A stretch of DNA of 45,661 nt, taken from NCBI GenBank assembly GCA_001179505.1, contig CDMY01000596.1, forward strand, positions 1 through 45,661. The letters run 5' to 3'. Positions 22,623-35,505 of the stretch are shown piece after piece. Origin of the DNA: Vitrella brassicaformis CCMP3155. Taxonomy: Eukaryota > Protista > Chromerida. Numbering within the stretch: the stretch's first letter is position 1; the number at the start of each line of letters is the position of its first letter. The position numbers were made by a program, and so were the translations under genes. The notes below the pieces were generated by a model. It saw only the letters and a program-made list of their open reading frames with translations. It was not told the origin of the DNA and searched no databases.

Positions 22623-23129
22623 TGGATGTCCAAGACACACACACACACACTTAGGCAGCTAGGCAGATAGGCATGTGTGGCCATGACATGACCTGCTTGC
22701 TTCCTGTGGTCTTATGCGTGTTGATTGAGGATTTGTGCGTGTGAGAGGGATCCGTTACAGAGAGAGCACTTTGCTGCCTGCCTTGTCTGTCCACCAGGTG
22801 TGGTGTGCACATGATGGATGGGCCTATCTTTCTCGTTGTTGCATGCTGGCTCTGACGTTTAAGGCAAACCGACGCTCTCTTTTGTGCCGTGGTGTGTTTG
22901 CCTGGGAGGAGGGAGGGAGGGAGGGGGGGAGGGGAGAAGGAACAGACATTCTTTGACAAATACCGAAGAGCGTGCAAGTAAGTCCACATAGCGACTGACT
23001 GATTGGAGGCTAAGCTCAATGCCTGACTGAATGGCTGAATGGCTGAATGGGAATCCACAAGCACAGGACAAAGGCCACAGACGACAAATAGTCACTGGCG
23101 CTCTCAACCAATGGCTAAGTAGTAGGTAG

Positions 23130-24339
23130 CTACAGCGGCCTCATCATATGCCGTTTCGGCTCATGGCCCCCTGTGAGTGAGTCAGCGGTAGAGGTGTCAT
23201 CCTCATCGAAGGAGAGGGCCTCAAATTTGAAGTGACTGCCCCACACCTCCATCTGATGCTTTAACGCCTCGTCAGCAAAGTGAAGCCGACACTGCAGACA
23301 GAGACAGACAGCACACACACGGACATTGGACAACAACACATCAAATCACGTTTGAGGGCCCGCCCGTCCATTGCAAAATATGCATGAGGAGGGAGGGGCT
23401 CACTCACTCACCGCAGCCGTCAGAGACACGAGTGCACCGGCGAGAGCATCGATGGCGGCGAAGACGGCTATGTAGAAGGCGGCATGAAAACGCACCGATC
23501 CACGAGGGTGATCGAAATTGCTGCAGGCAAGTGAAACCAACAAGACAAACCAGACGTGTGATCTGATGCCGGGCCGGCAAAGAAGCGACTGCTCTGCTGT
23601 GTGTACCGAAAAACGGGGGACCACAATCCAGCTGCACGCCACACAACACTCGTGGCTGTGACAGCAGCAACCAAGCAGATTGAAGGAGCGACGTAGATGG
23701 CCAGACCTCTCGACCGCATCGATACCGACAGTGCGTTGGCGACCCCACCACACGCACTCAGCAGAGAGGCCAACAGCAGCAACACTTTGAACCACTGCAT
23801 CCACACACACACACACACACACACACACATCCATTGGCCCTATAAATGGCGCATTCACAACAAACTCTTCGGCACTCACTCACCGCGGCTCGTGTGTGGC
23901 TGGAGACATACAGGCGCATGAAGCCACTGTCGGCCCCATTGTCCGAGTAGGCCATCCGTTTGCTGCGTGACCTGGTGGCTGTCTCACGCAGCGGCAGCGG
24001 CATCCCCGGCCCCCGCCGATATGGTGGAGACAGCCACCGACGGCCATGCCGCCTGGCCCACAGTCTTCTCTCAATGAAGACACGCTCGTAGACGGACTCC
24101 CTCACCCGTGAGCCCTCGTGAAGACCTCTCAGGAAAGGAACAACATCACCGTCATGGGCGGACGGCAGGTCTCGGACCGTAACACCCGTGGCGTCCGCCT
24201 GGATGACCGGCCCCTCGCACCGGAACTCGCCTCTCTTGCCGACCCAGACAGGCAAGAGAAATGACGTGGTGAGGAGGCCGAACGAGAGAAGCATCATCAG
24301 GGCGGCTGCCACCAGCTGAGTGTCTCCGTCTACCACCAT
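23130..24339 (-). CDS. Four-transmembrane protein with claudin/PMP22-like topology, 4 exons
   Basis: ATG at 24339. TM1 (LVAAALMMLLSFGLLTTSFLLPVW), ~120-aa loop, TM2 (FKVLLLLASLLSACGGVANAL), TM3 (GLAIYVAPSICLVAAVTATSVVW), short loop, TM4 (FHAAFYIAVFAAIDALAGALVSL), acidic tail, stop at 23130. Exons splice in frame. Confidence 0.65.
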
Positions 24340-24795
24340 GGATGGCCGGCCAAATCGACGAGGGAACTGGAAAGGATCAGATCAGGCAATAATAGTCTGG
24401 GGACGAACTGAGAGACAGAAGGGGAGGGAAGGGAGAGCAAGGGGGAAACGCGGCGGGATCGGAGCAACGAGCGAGGGGCTTGGCACGGCGCCTCTGGGGT
24501 GTCCCTGTGCGGCCTTTTGCACTGGAAGCTGCTGGGGTAACCTCACAGGCGCGGTGGAGTCCGACGAGTTGCGATGCCCCACAAGCGGTAAGATGATCAA
24601 GGATATCTCAGAAAATGTCGACGCGAAGGGAGGGCCGCAGTGGAGGAGCTTTGAACTCGGACGACTTTCGAAGGCGAGCTTCCATTGCGAGCTTAGCTGA
24701 GAGATGCACCGCTGAGGTCCACCTCCCTTTTGGCCCCAGAGCAACAGCACGATGCGCGAATGACCAGATGCACGGAATGACCAGCTCACACTTTG

Positions 24796-27700
24796 ATGAG
24801 AATGGGCGAGGCCCAACCTGAGGGCGTCAGCGAGGGCGCCGCTCCATCGTTGGGAGCTCTGATGGAGAATGGTTCATCCGCCTCATCCCTCGGCTCTTGG
24901 CTCAAGTGCTGCTGCGTCGTTAAATTCGACCCCGACATTGGCCACCATCTCGACTTTGAATACCCAGCAGACACGCTGTCCAAGACGGAGCGGAACACGG
25001 CCGTCAAGCTCAGCCTGCCCGACTACAACTCCTTCTTCAACACGACTGGTGACCTGGTCTTCAGCTACCGACTCCGCCACGACTCGTCGCTGCCCCTGGG
25101 CTCCTCCAGTATCAGCGAGCAGCAGTTCAGCTTCGGCTACGTCTTCTTCCGCACCCAGCGGGACCCTTCGGCCACGCGCGAGTTCGTCCAGACGGCCGTA
25201 GTCGTCATCTCGCCGCTGGCCTATGTCGGCTTCTTCAAGTCGCTTGTGCAGCTGCTGGGGCCGCTGTTCTTCGAGTATGGGGAGAAGGTGCTGGAGAAGG
25301 CCTGTCTGCTCATCGGCCAGTGGCCCCTGCCGCAGCCCGGCCTGTCGGTGCGCCTGGAGCTGGGGGGCTATGCATTCACGGCCACCACACCCATCCAGCC
25401 CGCCATGACCAATCCAGACCGGCTGCCCAGCCTCAAGCGCCCCTCAGCCAACCAGTCCAAGTCGTCGTCCGCAACGGCGCAGGAGGAGGCGGAGAGCAGT
25501 CACTTGCGGGCGGTCTCGCAGCCCCACTCGATGCCTACGGGAGGGCGGTCGTTCGTGTGGAACAGGTCGTCCCCGCGGCACCACACCACGACTGTCCACC
25601 GGCACAAGCCACCTGCTGGCAGCCTCCCCCGTCCCCACTCTGCTGCCCCGCATCCCCAGGAGGCCGCCAGCACTGCGCCGCCCACCCCTCCCTCTCACGA
25701 CCATCGGTCCTTCATACGGAAGGCCAGCCACATGGGCGAAGTGGATGTCCCTCCCGCGGCCATGGTGGTGTCGCCCATGGCCTCCGCCCCCCTGATCTCG
25801 CCGCTTGTGAGCCGCGAGATGGTGGATGAAGAGGGCATGAAGGTGCCGAGACGCAATTCGGACACCGACGAGCCGATGAGGGAGGACCACCGGCCGGCCG
25901 ACCACCAGAGAGAGGACCCCCGTTTGCTCACTAACGGCACATCCAAGGACGAGAGCGCCGTGTCCACTGAGTGGTCCGACGCCCAGGAGGTGTTTGTGAT
26001 TGACACCGAGGAGGACACCACCATGTGTGCCGGCGAGGAGGCTGCCCCGTCATCCCTGGTGTCCCCCCTGAGTGTGGCCAGCGTCCCCCATCTGCCCGAC
26101 GAGGACCAGGGCGGCATCAGGGGCGGCCTCAGTCCCATCCCCGAGACCGCTGAGAGAACTGACACCGTCCCCCCGCCCATTCGCGTTGTCAGGCGCCCGT
26201 CGACCCGGTCCGGGTCTCGGCGGCGCGCCAGCTCTCTCGACAGTTTCGACAGGGAGGTGCTCCGGACCACCACACGGCCATCCAACGACACACAAGCTCA
26301 AGAAGACAGCGAGAGCGACAGCGATGACGACAGCCACGCAGGGCCGGAGGAGTCGGCAGAGGATCGCCGGTTCCTGGCGCGTCATGCCGTCGTCGTCCGC
26401 GGCCGCAACGCCAAGTCCAGCCCGGGCACACGGCTGCCGAGCAAACATTCCGACGAATCGAGCCCGGAGTCGTCAGATGTCAACCTGGGCGAAAATGAGG
26501 GGCCCCGCGAGACCGAGGAGACTGTCAAGGGCCGGCAGGGGGAGTTCGGCGTTGCTCGTGAGGCGAGTTCAACCCCCACGCCGCAGATTGCCCACATCTT
26601 GGAGGGTGTGCACCAGATGATGCCTGGGCCGTTTCAGGAGCTGAACGTGTATGAGAGTTTCCAGCCGTTGCTGCCCTTCCTGTGGTTCCTGTGGGAGCTG
26701 ACACTCGTGGGCGAGCCGCTCCTCATTCTATGCTCCAACTCTGCTAGGTGGGTGAATGGGTGAGGGAGACGAGGGGGGCCAGGGAGGCAGCAGTATTGTT
26801 GTCAGTCATGTCATCTGCGTGTGCATGCTGCGTTTGTGCGTGCAGGTGTTCTGATTGCGTGTTGTCCCTGATCTCGCTCATCTCGCCGCTCCTGTACGCC
26901 GGAGACTACAGGTCTGGCCAGACACATACAAGTGAATGCATTGATATCAATGCACGCACTGACTCTCGGTCGATTGCTGCGTGTCTGTCTTGTCTTGTGG
27001 TGGTGTGGGTGAGCAGGCCCTACTTCAACACATTTGATGGTGACTTCAAGCTGTACCAGCAGCTGCACGACCAGCGACACCTCCCCTGCGTCACACTCGG
27101 CGTCTCCAACCCATTCTTCCTCGAATCCATGGTCCGTCCGTCCGTTCGACCGCGCACACACGCAAACAAACACCCATGATGATCTCTCCCTCTCCATGCC
27201 ATGCCATGCCATGCCGTCTGCAGAGTCACTTCCCGACCATCCTGGTGATCGATGCGGCCAAGACGGTCGTCTCCAAGTCATCCCGCCTCACATCATCCCC
27301 AGCCACCACTCTCTTCCGCAACGAGACGGCCACCGCCATCACCCTCCTGCAGTCCGTCTGCACACCCTGCCTCCCCAAAGACTCCAGGCTCCTGCGACAG
27401 CTGCTCGTTCCTCAGCAAGGCGTGGCGTCAGTGTCGCCGCAGCAGGCCCCGCTGCCGGCTGCCAGCGACCCGTCGTGGGGCTCCCCGAGCATCCAGCCCA
27501 TCTTGCCGACATCTGCTCTGTCTGTGCCGTCACCAATGGCCGACAGTGGGGGTGGCGGGAGTACTGCTGTGGTGGCCACGGCAGGTGTTGCTGGTGCTGG
27601 TGCTGGTGCTGGTGGTAGTGGTGGTGGGGACCAGGAGGCCGCGTCGGCCATCAACAACTCCATGATTCGGCGGCACTTCCAGGACCTCACTCACGCCTTT

Positions 27701-28002
27701 CTCGCTCCATTCGAGAGATACTTCAGGGTAAATAAACACGTGGCCTGATGTATGAGCGTATGGATGAGCCCTCTCACGCCTGGCCTGATGCGCATGTCAT
27801 GTACCTGTGTCTTGGTGTGCAGATGGATTTGCATCGTCTGGCCACGAATCCCTTCCAGGACCTCCCCCAGCTCCCGCCATTCAGCGAGGCAACCTTCCTG
27901 GCGTCACTCAAACCTGTCGGGGCCTTCAAGACACTGCCGAGAAACAGGTGACACACTGACCGGACAACGTCCCTGGCTGGCTGGCTGACACGATGCTGAT
28001 GC

Positions 28003-28034
<32 letters not shown>

Positions 28035-29456
28035 GTGTGTGGAGCTGTATCGCCGGTTCATCATGTCGCCCAACTTCCGGCCGTGGTTCCATCGGCAGCG
28101 CAGCAAAAGCGAGAGACTCAGGAGGGAGAGATACCTGCAGCTGGCACTCAGGGTGAGTCGGTCGGTGTGAGCGAGTCAGACTAAGGGGGCACACACCACA
28201 CACAGGATCACTCACTCCACCGACACTGAGTGCCACTTATTCAAACAGCTCGCCTGCCCTTGATTTGTGTGTTTGTGTGTGGGTTTGGTGGCTCGGTTGT
28301 TTCAGACTGACTTCCCGGCTCTGATGCCTCGGCTGACGGTCATGCAGATGGTCGAAGGGTGCTCAAATCTCAGGTACATGCAGAGTAGGCAGCCAGCCAA
28401 TGTTCTCCATTCTCCCCTCCTGCCATCCTCATCCCTTGTCCCTTCCAGGGACGCACTCGAAGGCTGCCCCGACGGCGTGTCACCGGTCGATCGCGAGGGC
28501 CTGGAGACGACACTGCAGGAGCTCAAGTCAGCCGTGGCCGCTCGCATGTGTGCCGAGGGGTCCTCTGCGACATTGCAGAGGAAAGGCACCCGCAAGTCCG
28601 CCCGCCACGTGGCACGCAGCACCCTGAGGGCCGAGGGGGGCGGCAGACGCACAGGTGGGTGAGTCGAGGGAGGAGGCACAACAAGGGAGGGAGACTGAGG
28701 CACACCGACCTTTATGGATCGTCTTGTGTTGCAGAGGAGGGTCAACGTGAGCCGCGTCGGGTCCCCTCCCATCACCCCAATGGCTTCGTCGCCGCCCGGC
28801 AGCAGTTCGGCTCAGAGGCCGACGAGGCGGCGGCTGACGCCAAGAACAACCCTCTCGAGTCGCTGTTCAAAGGCTTGAAGTCGGTCATCCGCAACACCAA
28901 CACGATCTTCCGCGCATCATCGGGCGCGGCACCGAGCGACGGCGAGGCCGATCTCACCAGGAGGGACCAGCTTCGTTCCCATCGGTCCAACCCCACCAGC
29001 CCCGCCCCTGCTGCTGTGATGGGGGCCACTGAGCGGCTGGACTACCTGAGCCCGTCGGTGCACCGTGATGCGCCAAGACCTCAGCGCGACAAACCTCCCA
29101 AGCCGCCTACTGCCGACCGCCAGGGAACAGCTGAATCAGCTGTAGACATCACACCCACGCCCGCATCACCCGAGCCGCCACGGCCGGCGCCAGCACTCCA
29201 TCCACGAGTGCCGACACCGACTGACAGAGGAGGGGCTGGACGACAGAGAGAGGCGGCGCGGCCGTCCACCATCAGCAACACGTCGGCATCGACTGAGCCT
29301 GCACCGACGGTGGCGGCCGGCAAGACTCTTGTGGCTGGTGGCCGCGCCGCGTCTGCAGCCGTGTATGTGGGGAGGGGGGTCAAGAGCAGTAAGCAGCCAG
29401 TGGGTGGTGCTGTAGGGCCGTCATCGAGTGGTGATGACGAGCCTGACGGGATATAG
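24796..29456 (+). CDS. DENND6: DENND6/FAM116-like DENN-domain Rab GEF, multi-exon
   Basis: CCVVKFDPDIGHHLDFEYP, LSLPDYNS..GDLVFSYRLR, FGYVFFRTQRDPS..REFVQTAVVVIS, LGPLFFE..LEKAC..I.QWP.P.PG, LWELTLVGEPL, LISPLLYAGDYRPYFNTFDGDF, LGVSNPFF, LYRRFIMSPNFRPWF. The ORF track starts at TTG 24793; the first ATG is 24796. Confidence 0.88.
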
Positions 29457-29907
29457 GCAGGCCGTCGTGTTGTGACTGACACCTACTGGGCTACTGCTGG
29501 GCGTGGGTGTGGATGTGGGGTGGGGTGGGTAGTTGTAGTGTGCATGCTGCTGTGGGTTTGAGGGAGGGAGGGAGGGAGGAGGGAGTGGGCGGCGGTTTTC
29601 TGCTGGTTTGATTGCTGCGGCTTTTTTCTGCATACCCACACTGACTGACTGATGGATTTGATTGGGTGCATTTGTGCATTTTTCGGTGCCCACATGACTC
29701 CTCCCTCTAGCTCCCTCTCCCTCTTCTCTGGCGCCACACAGACCAGACCCATCCCACACATGCATCGCAGGACACGCAATATGACAGACACGGCGACCAT
29801 CCTTTTGTGTATTTGTTATCCATTGCATTGCGGGCACCGTTGCCTTGACTGACGGGGGCAGACGGACGGACGGACGGACGGACAGACCGGGGGGGGGGGG
29901 GGGGGGC

Positions 29908-30207
29908 NNNNNNNNNNNNNNNNNNNNNNNNNNNNNNNNNNNNNNNNNNNNNNNNNNNNNNNNNNNNNNNNNNNNNNNNNNNNNNNNNNNNNNNNNNNNN
30001 NNNNNNNNNNNNNNNNNNNNNNNNNNNNNNNNNNNNNNNNNNNNNNNNNNNNNNNNNNNNNNNNNNNNNNNNNNNNNNNNNNNNNNNNNNNNNNNNNNNN
30101 NNNNNNNNNNNNNNNNNNNNNNNNNNNNNNNNNNNNNNNNNNNNNNNNNNNNNNNNNNNNNNNNNNNNNNNNNNNNNNNNNNNNNNNNNNNNNNNNNNNN
30201 NNNNNNN
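29908..30207. other. Assembly gap (300 N) flanked by poly-G runs
   Basis: N run 29908-30207, with a G run at 29889-29906 and another at 30208-30216. Confidence 0.99.
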
Positions 30208-30524
30208 GGGGGGGGGCACAGTTGCGCTTTTGTGTTGGGCGGGCGTCATGTAAGCAGGTGGGTTCATTGGCTCTTTCTTCATCTTGCTCGCTCTGTCTGG
30301 GGCCGGGCCAGCCACTTTTTGTCTGACAAAGGAAGAGACACAACCAACCGAGCGAGACATTTCGTTTGCTGCACCATCCATCCATCCATCCATTTGACTC
30401 CATCAGTCAGTGCAACAAATCGGCGCGAACACATCAGTACTGGACCAGGCCAGCAGGCCGCCAATCAACAAACAGCACGAGAAACCATGGCCCACACACT
30501 GGCCTCCAAGGACGTCAGGCAGGG

Positions 30525-33500
30525 CTACTTGTTGAGGATCCACTTGTCCTTGAGCTCCTCGAGAGGCCTCCTTGGCTCCTGCCACGACCATATGAGCATA
30601 CTGGTGGGGCTGTAGGGCGGCGCCACATCCAGGGGCGTCCTGCCTTGGTTGTCTGCCGTCCCCAGCACCTCACCCACTCCCACCCGGGCCATCCGGAAGG
30701 TGGTCGACTTGCGCTTCACCCTCTCAGCTTCAGCTCCCCTCTTCTCAGCCACATCCACATCGTCATGTCTCCCTCCGTGTCTCTCTTGTTCATCGCCTCT
30801 CTGCCCTGTTGCCCTCTGGTGTGCTTTGTGCAGCTTGTCGAACATGACTCCAAGGGCCGCGGCGAAGTCTGCATCGCCCTTCTGCACACAAGAACCACAA
30901 GACATCGGTCACGAGACAAGGGGAGGGAGGTATACGAACATTGTAAGTATTGTGTGGAGACCTTTGCAGCGATGTGTGCTGCCGTGGAGCCATTCTCGTC
31001 CTGCAGCAGCGGGTCTGCTCCCAGCTCAATGAGCACGCCTGCAGCCCTTGCCCGGCCGTTGGCGCATGCGGCCATCAGGGGCGTCCAGCCGGCATCGTCA
31101 GTGTCAGTGGTCGGTATGGCATTGCCCGGTTGCGTGGGAGAGAAGGCCCTGAAAGAGGTTGCACCAGAATAAATGTCCTGTCTCTCCCTCTCTGTCTCGC
31201 CTCAGGTGACCTGCTGTTGACGTCACATCCCCCCTGCAGGTGGAGCGTCCGTATGACCTCCGCATGGTCCCCCTCCGCAGCCAAGTGGATCGGCTGACGC
31301 CCCTGCACCGAACCGTGCACACACATACACGGATTGGATGAAGACATGCGACTGCCGACACACCCGTGTGTGTGCCACGTACTCGCAGAGGCAGTGCGTG
31401 TGGTCGCGTGAAGATCGACCGTATCAGCGGCATCCTCTGCCCAAGACACTCGCCGACGCGCGGGATCCCAACATGGTCGTCACACTTCTCCGGCTGCCCC
31501 TCTTTCTCGTCTGTGTCGCCATTTCTCGGCCTTGTCAAAGGTTGGAACTGGATCGGAGCTTTCCTCTTGATGAGGTGCCGCAGAAACAAGACCCTGCCGT
31601 TCTGGGCTGCATAGTGTGCTGCCAGCCATCCGGCGGGGCTGAGCCGACTCAGCTCAGCGTTGTCCGACCTGTTTCGACGGACAGACGAGACACAGATTGC
31701 AGCCAGCAGAGAGACAGCGCATTGGCGAGCCGCTCACTCTTTAAGGTTGGCGAGCCGCCTCGTGTCTCCTTCACGAGCAAGGTCCCACACAATGAGGCGA
31801 CCCTCCTGCACAAGACGAACCAAGACACCAAGCCAGGAGACTCACTGACTGCCCAGTGTCCAGCACATCGTTCATTTCCTACCCAGATGGCCCCGACATC
31901 GTCATAGATAGCAACAGTGGGCGGCGGCCGGCCAGAGGAATTCGCAATGGCCAAGTAGATGGCAAAGGTGTTGCCTCTCGAGTCGCTGTGGCTCTGCAGC
32001 AGTGTCCGGTCGGCGTCAAAGTGCAGGAACAGTGCGGCCGCATGCAAGTGCTGCCCGATGACGGCGAGGTGCAGGCCGCAGTGTCTGTGCCGGTCCATAG
32101 CGTAGCCGTCTGTGTGGGTGCGCTCCTTGTCTCCTGGCTGCCGCATCGGCTGGGAGGGTATCGTGGCGGGGGGGACGGGTCGACGACTGGGGTCATCTGC
32201 ATGGCGAGAAAGGAACCACTTGATCGCCTCGCAGCACCCGGCCTGACAAATGATCAACGCAAGCAAAAAAGTGTGTGGATACGGCAACGAAGTCCGTGCT
32301 CTCTGTTTGTGTGCCTCACCTCCGCAGCCATGAGCAGGGGTGCTTTCAGGTCGGCGTCCACCTCTTGCAGGTCCGCATACTCGCGGCACCTGAGAGGCGC
32401 GCTCAACAAGCAGTCCTGGCTCCCGAGCTGGTTGCATCTTGCCGCCAGGTGGAGGGGCGTGCGGCCCCGCATCGTCCTTGCAGGCAGCCGCAGGGCCGAC
32501 GTGGTCTGGACAGGCGGCCTGCTGCCTTGCGTCTTTTGTGTGTATTTGGGGTCAACCTCGAGGGAGCGACGGTCGTGGAGGTGGTAGAGCAGCCGCTCGA
32601 GCTCCTGCACCCTCCCCATCGACGCAGCCAGGTGCAGCCCCGTCCATCCGCTTTTGTCGGTCTGGAGCACGTCAGTGTCGGGGTAGTCGAGAAGGTACTC
32701 ATCTGAGAATGAATAAATGGAGACACACATGCACTTTGTTTGCCAGAGAGCCCTCATGTCGATATATCTTTGCTCCAGCAATCCTTCTCCTTACCCAGTG
32801 CCTGGAAGTTGCCCTGCAGGACCAGCGTGCGGACCGCATCGCTGCCCAGCCTCTCCATCTTGGCTGCTGTGGCACTGCCCTCAACACTCTCGGCGATGCG
32901 CATCATCTTGCCCATCGAGCTGTCCGAGAGGACATAGCGGGAGAAGGGCGAGGCCGTGAGGGTCTGGAGTATCTGGGCGGCGATGGGGTTGTGGCAGAGC
33001 TGCGCGTGCTCCAGCAGATGGCTGTTGCGCACCGTGACGCGCAGCACCTGCGGGCGGATATGGGAGACACGATCGACCATCAGATGGAGGACAAGCTTTA
33101 AGGTTTTGTTGCTCGAAGTGAAGTACCTCTAGAGCCCGGAGTTGGTAGTGCTGGTCGAGGTCTGTCAGTTCTTGGTGCGACATGAGTGCCGCCAGCTTCA
33201 GCAGCTTCCCCTCTGCCTTCCTCGCAAACAACAGCGACTCCCTGACAGACAGGCACACACGGACCGAGAGAAAAAGACACAACCACATCCAATCTGCACC
33301 TCTGTGTGCCGGGACCACATGCTTACCTGCCGACCAGCCTCTCCATATCCCTCGTGTCCTTGACCCCTCTCAGCAATGGACAGCCGCTCCCCCCCGTCCG
33401 CAAATCGGACGGCCCAGCCTCGCCCGCCGCACCATAAGCAAGCGGTGGGTGCAGCAGTGTGGTGAGCATGAAGGCCAGGGCGGTGTTGCAGCCCGGGTAA

Positions 33501-34944
33501 GTGTTCTTGATGGCGAAGTGAATCGGGAGGAAGTGACGACAGTCGGGAAAGAGGATGAGCGTGTCGTAGCCATCGGAGACGTCACTGTAGAATGTCGAGA
33601 TGACCTGCCGGACGGCTTGGGGGTCAAAGAGGTCGGACGCTCCTTTGACCTGACACACACACACACACACATATTTCAGCCAGGCAATAGTCGGCGTGTC
33701 TCTCTCTCTCTCTCCCTCCCTCCCTGTCTCTCTCTCTCGTCCTCTGTGCGTATGCAAACCAATTTGTTGTGTGTGTGTATTTTCCGCATGGCGAGTTTCA
33801 CCGCCCGAAGCCACAGATGGCCCAGGATGACACGAATGCAGGGCGTGTCACCGCTGCAGTGCACACACGACACCGATCCTTCAATGAATACATCAACAGC
33901 CAGGCGGGCCGCCCACCGGTATCCGGCGTAGTGCATCGGCGCGCGGCCGTGACGGTCAGGTGGCGAGAGAGGCGAACCGACAGACAGCAGTGCATCGCAC
34001 GCCGCTGCGTCGCCCGAGAAGGCCGCATGGTGCAGAGGGAGACGGAGGGCGCTGCCATCCTCCTACCGCACACACGCATTCATTGACGTGGTCGAGCAGA
34101 GTTGTCTCGAGGTGGCACACTGACCTCCACCAGCTGTTTTGCGGTGTAAGTGGCTTTGTCATCCCCCCTCAAATCCGCCTCGTGGATCTTCTTGCAGATG
34201 TAACGGACCCAGTTGGTCCTCTCTGCACACAAACAACAGCATCCACATAGAGACAGACATACAGAAATGGCTGGCTGGCTGGCACATTGCGAGTGTACCT
34301 TCATGAGCCGTGCTGAAGAGGTTTGGGGATGTAGTGTGCGCCGGTCTGTCGATGACCAGCGGCGGGATGGCTTCAAGGATCTCTGCCCTCCCCTCAACGT
34401 CTGCATCCTCTGCAGCCACACCCCTGCCCGCTGGTGCCTCAGCAACAGCCCCTTCTCGAGTGGCCGTCTCCCTCTTGTCGATGGCTGTGCCGTCGAGCAG
34501 ATCTTGAAGTGCTGCTGCATCCCTCTCAGCTGCGGCAGCCTCTGGCGTCCTCTGAGAACTATGGCCCTTGCCAAACAGCCCGGCCAGCGCCGCGTCATCG
34601 GCTCTCTCCCTTCGTCCATCAGCGGGCTCTTCTGTTCGTCCATCACTCGCTTGAATCAGATGCCGTGGGGCGGTTTCCTTTGGCGCCTTGGGCGGTGCTG
34701 AAGGGGCGCTTTTGTCAGCCAGAAGGGACGTCAGTGCATCGTCGTCGGTGCGGCTTCGGGGCGGCTGTCGAGTGTGCGGCTGCCGAGGGTGTGGGGGCTG
34801 TGGTCGCAGAAGGGCTGCGAGTGCTGCGTCGTCGGCAGCTCCCGCCGCTATTGGTGCCGCAGAAGGTTGAGAAGGCGCATCCATGCTTACATACGCGGCG
34901 GACACTTGTGGGTTAACTTTGCGAGATGATTTCGACCCAATCAT
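30525..34944 (-). CDS. Ankyrin-repeat protein (about 8-10 repeats in two clusters), multi-exon
   Basis: Repeats include LPLHHAAFSGD, GRAPMHYAGY, GWTGLHLAASMG, GRTPLHLAARCN, CGLHLAVIGQH, GWLAAHYAAQNG, GRQPIHLAAEGD, GWTPLMAACANG, GSTAAHIAAKKG and GRTPLDVA. Start at 34944 or at the downstream MDAPSQ. Stop TAG at 30525-30527. Confidence 0.8.
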
Positions 34945-35505
34945 CGACCCATTCGCTGACGCAGAAATTCACGATGACTCATGAATGAATGATGCACATG
35001 CACTGAGAGAGACACATGCATGTATGCAGTGCCACCAACCAACATCGATCTCTACAAATCGGACCTATCCTATGCAGCCATGAACTCATCTCATCTCATG
35101 ACACTCACTCACTGTAGCCATTAATGTGTGTTGCAGGTCTGCAGAGAGACACACACAACTGCCACGACGAACAGATCTAGCTAGCTGGCCAAGCAAGGCA
35201 GGAACGCTCAGGCTCCCCGGCTAGGCTACCCATACACACCAACACGGCTTACACAGTCGTCAATCGACTCCATGGGACGGACGGAGGGAGGGAGGGAGAA
35301 CAGCAAGCCCCCACAGACAGACAGGCATACAAACAGACGACAAACAAACGATCCATCACATCGATCACCGTTCGTTCGTTCAAAAAGGCAACAAACAGAA
35401 CACTTAACACTAACTGCATCTTCGTCGGCTCATGGTCTTCTGGACAGTCAGCCAGTCAGTCGAGTGTGGTCGTGAGGTGACTCGATCAATCCATCCATCC
35501 ATCCA

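Noticed and set aside
23130-24339. Naming the tetraspan gene CLAMP
   Set aside because: Only topology and weak motifs are shared, and I cannot recognise CLAMP-specific sequence without a search.
29707-30615. Long ORFs running through the N gap
   Set aside because: Artefacts of translating Ns; there is no evidence of coding.
34980-35040. TGCATG-rich patch as an apicomplexan TGCATGCA AP2 site upstream of the ankyrin gene
   Set aside because: No exact octamer. TGCA/CATG words are common throughout the introns here.
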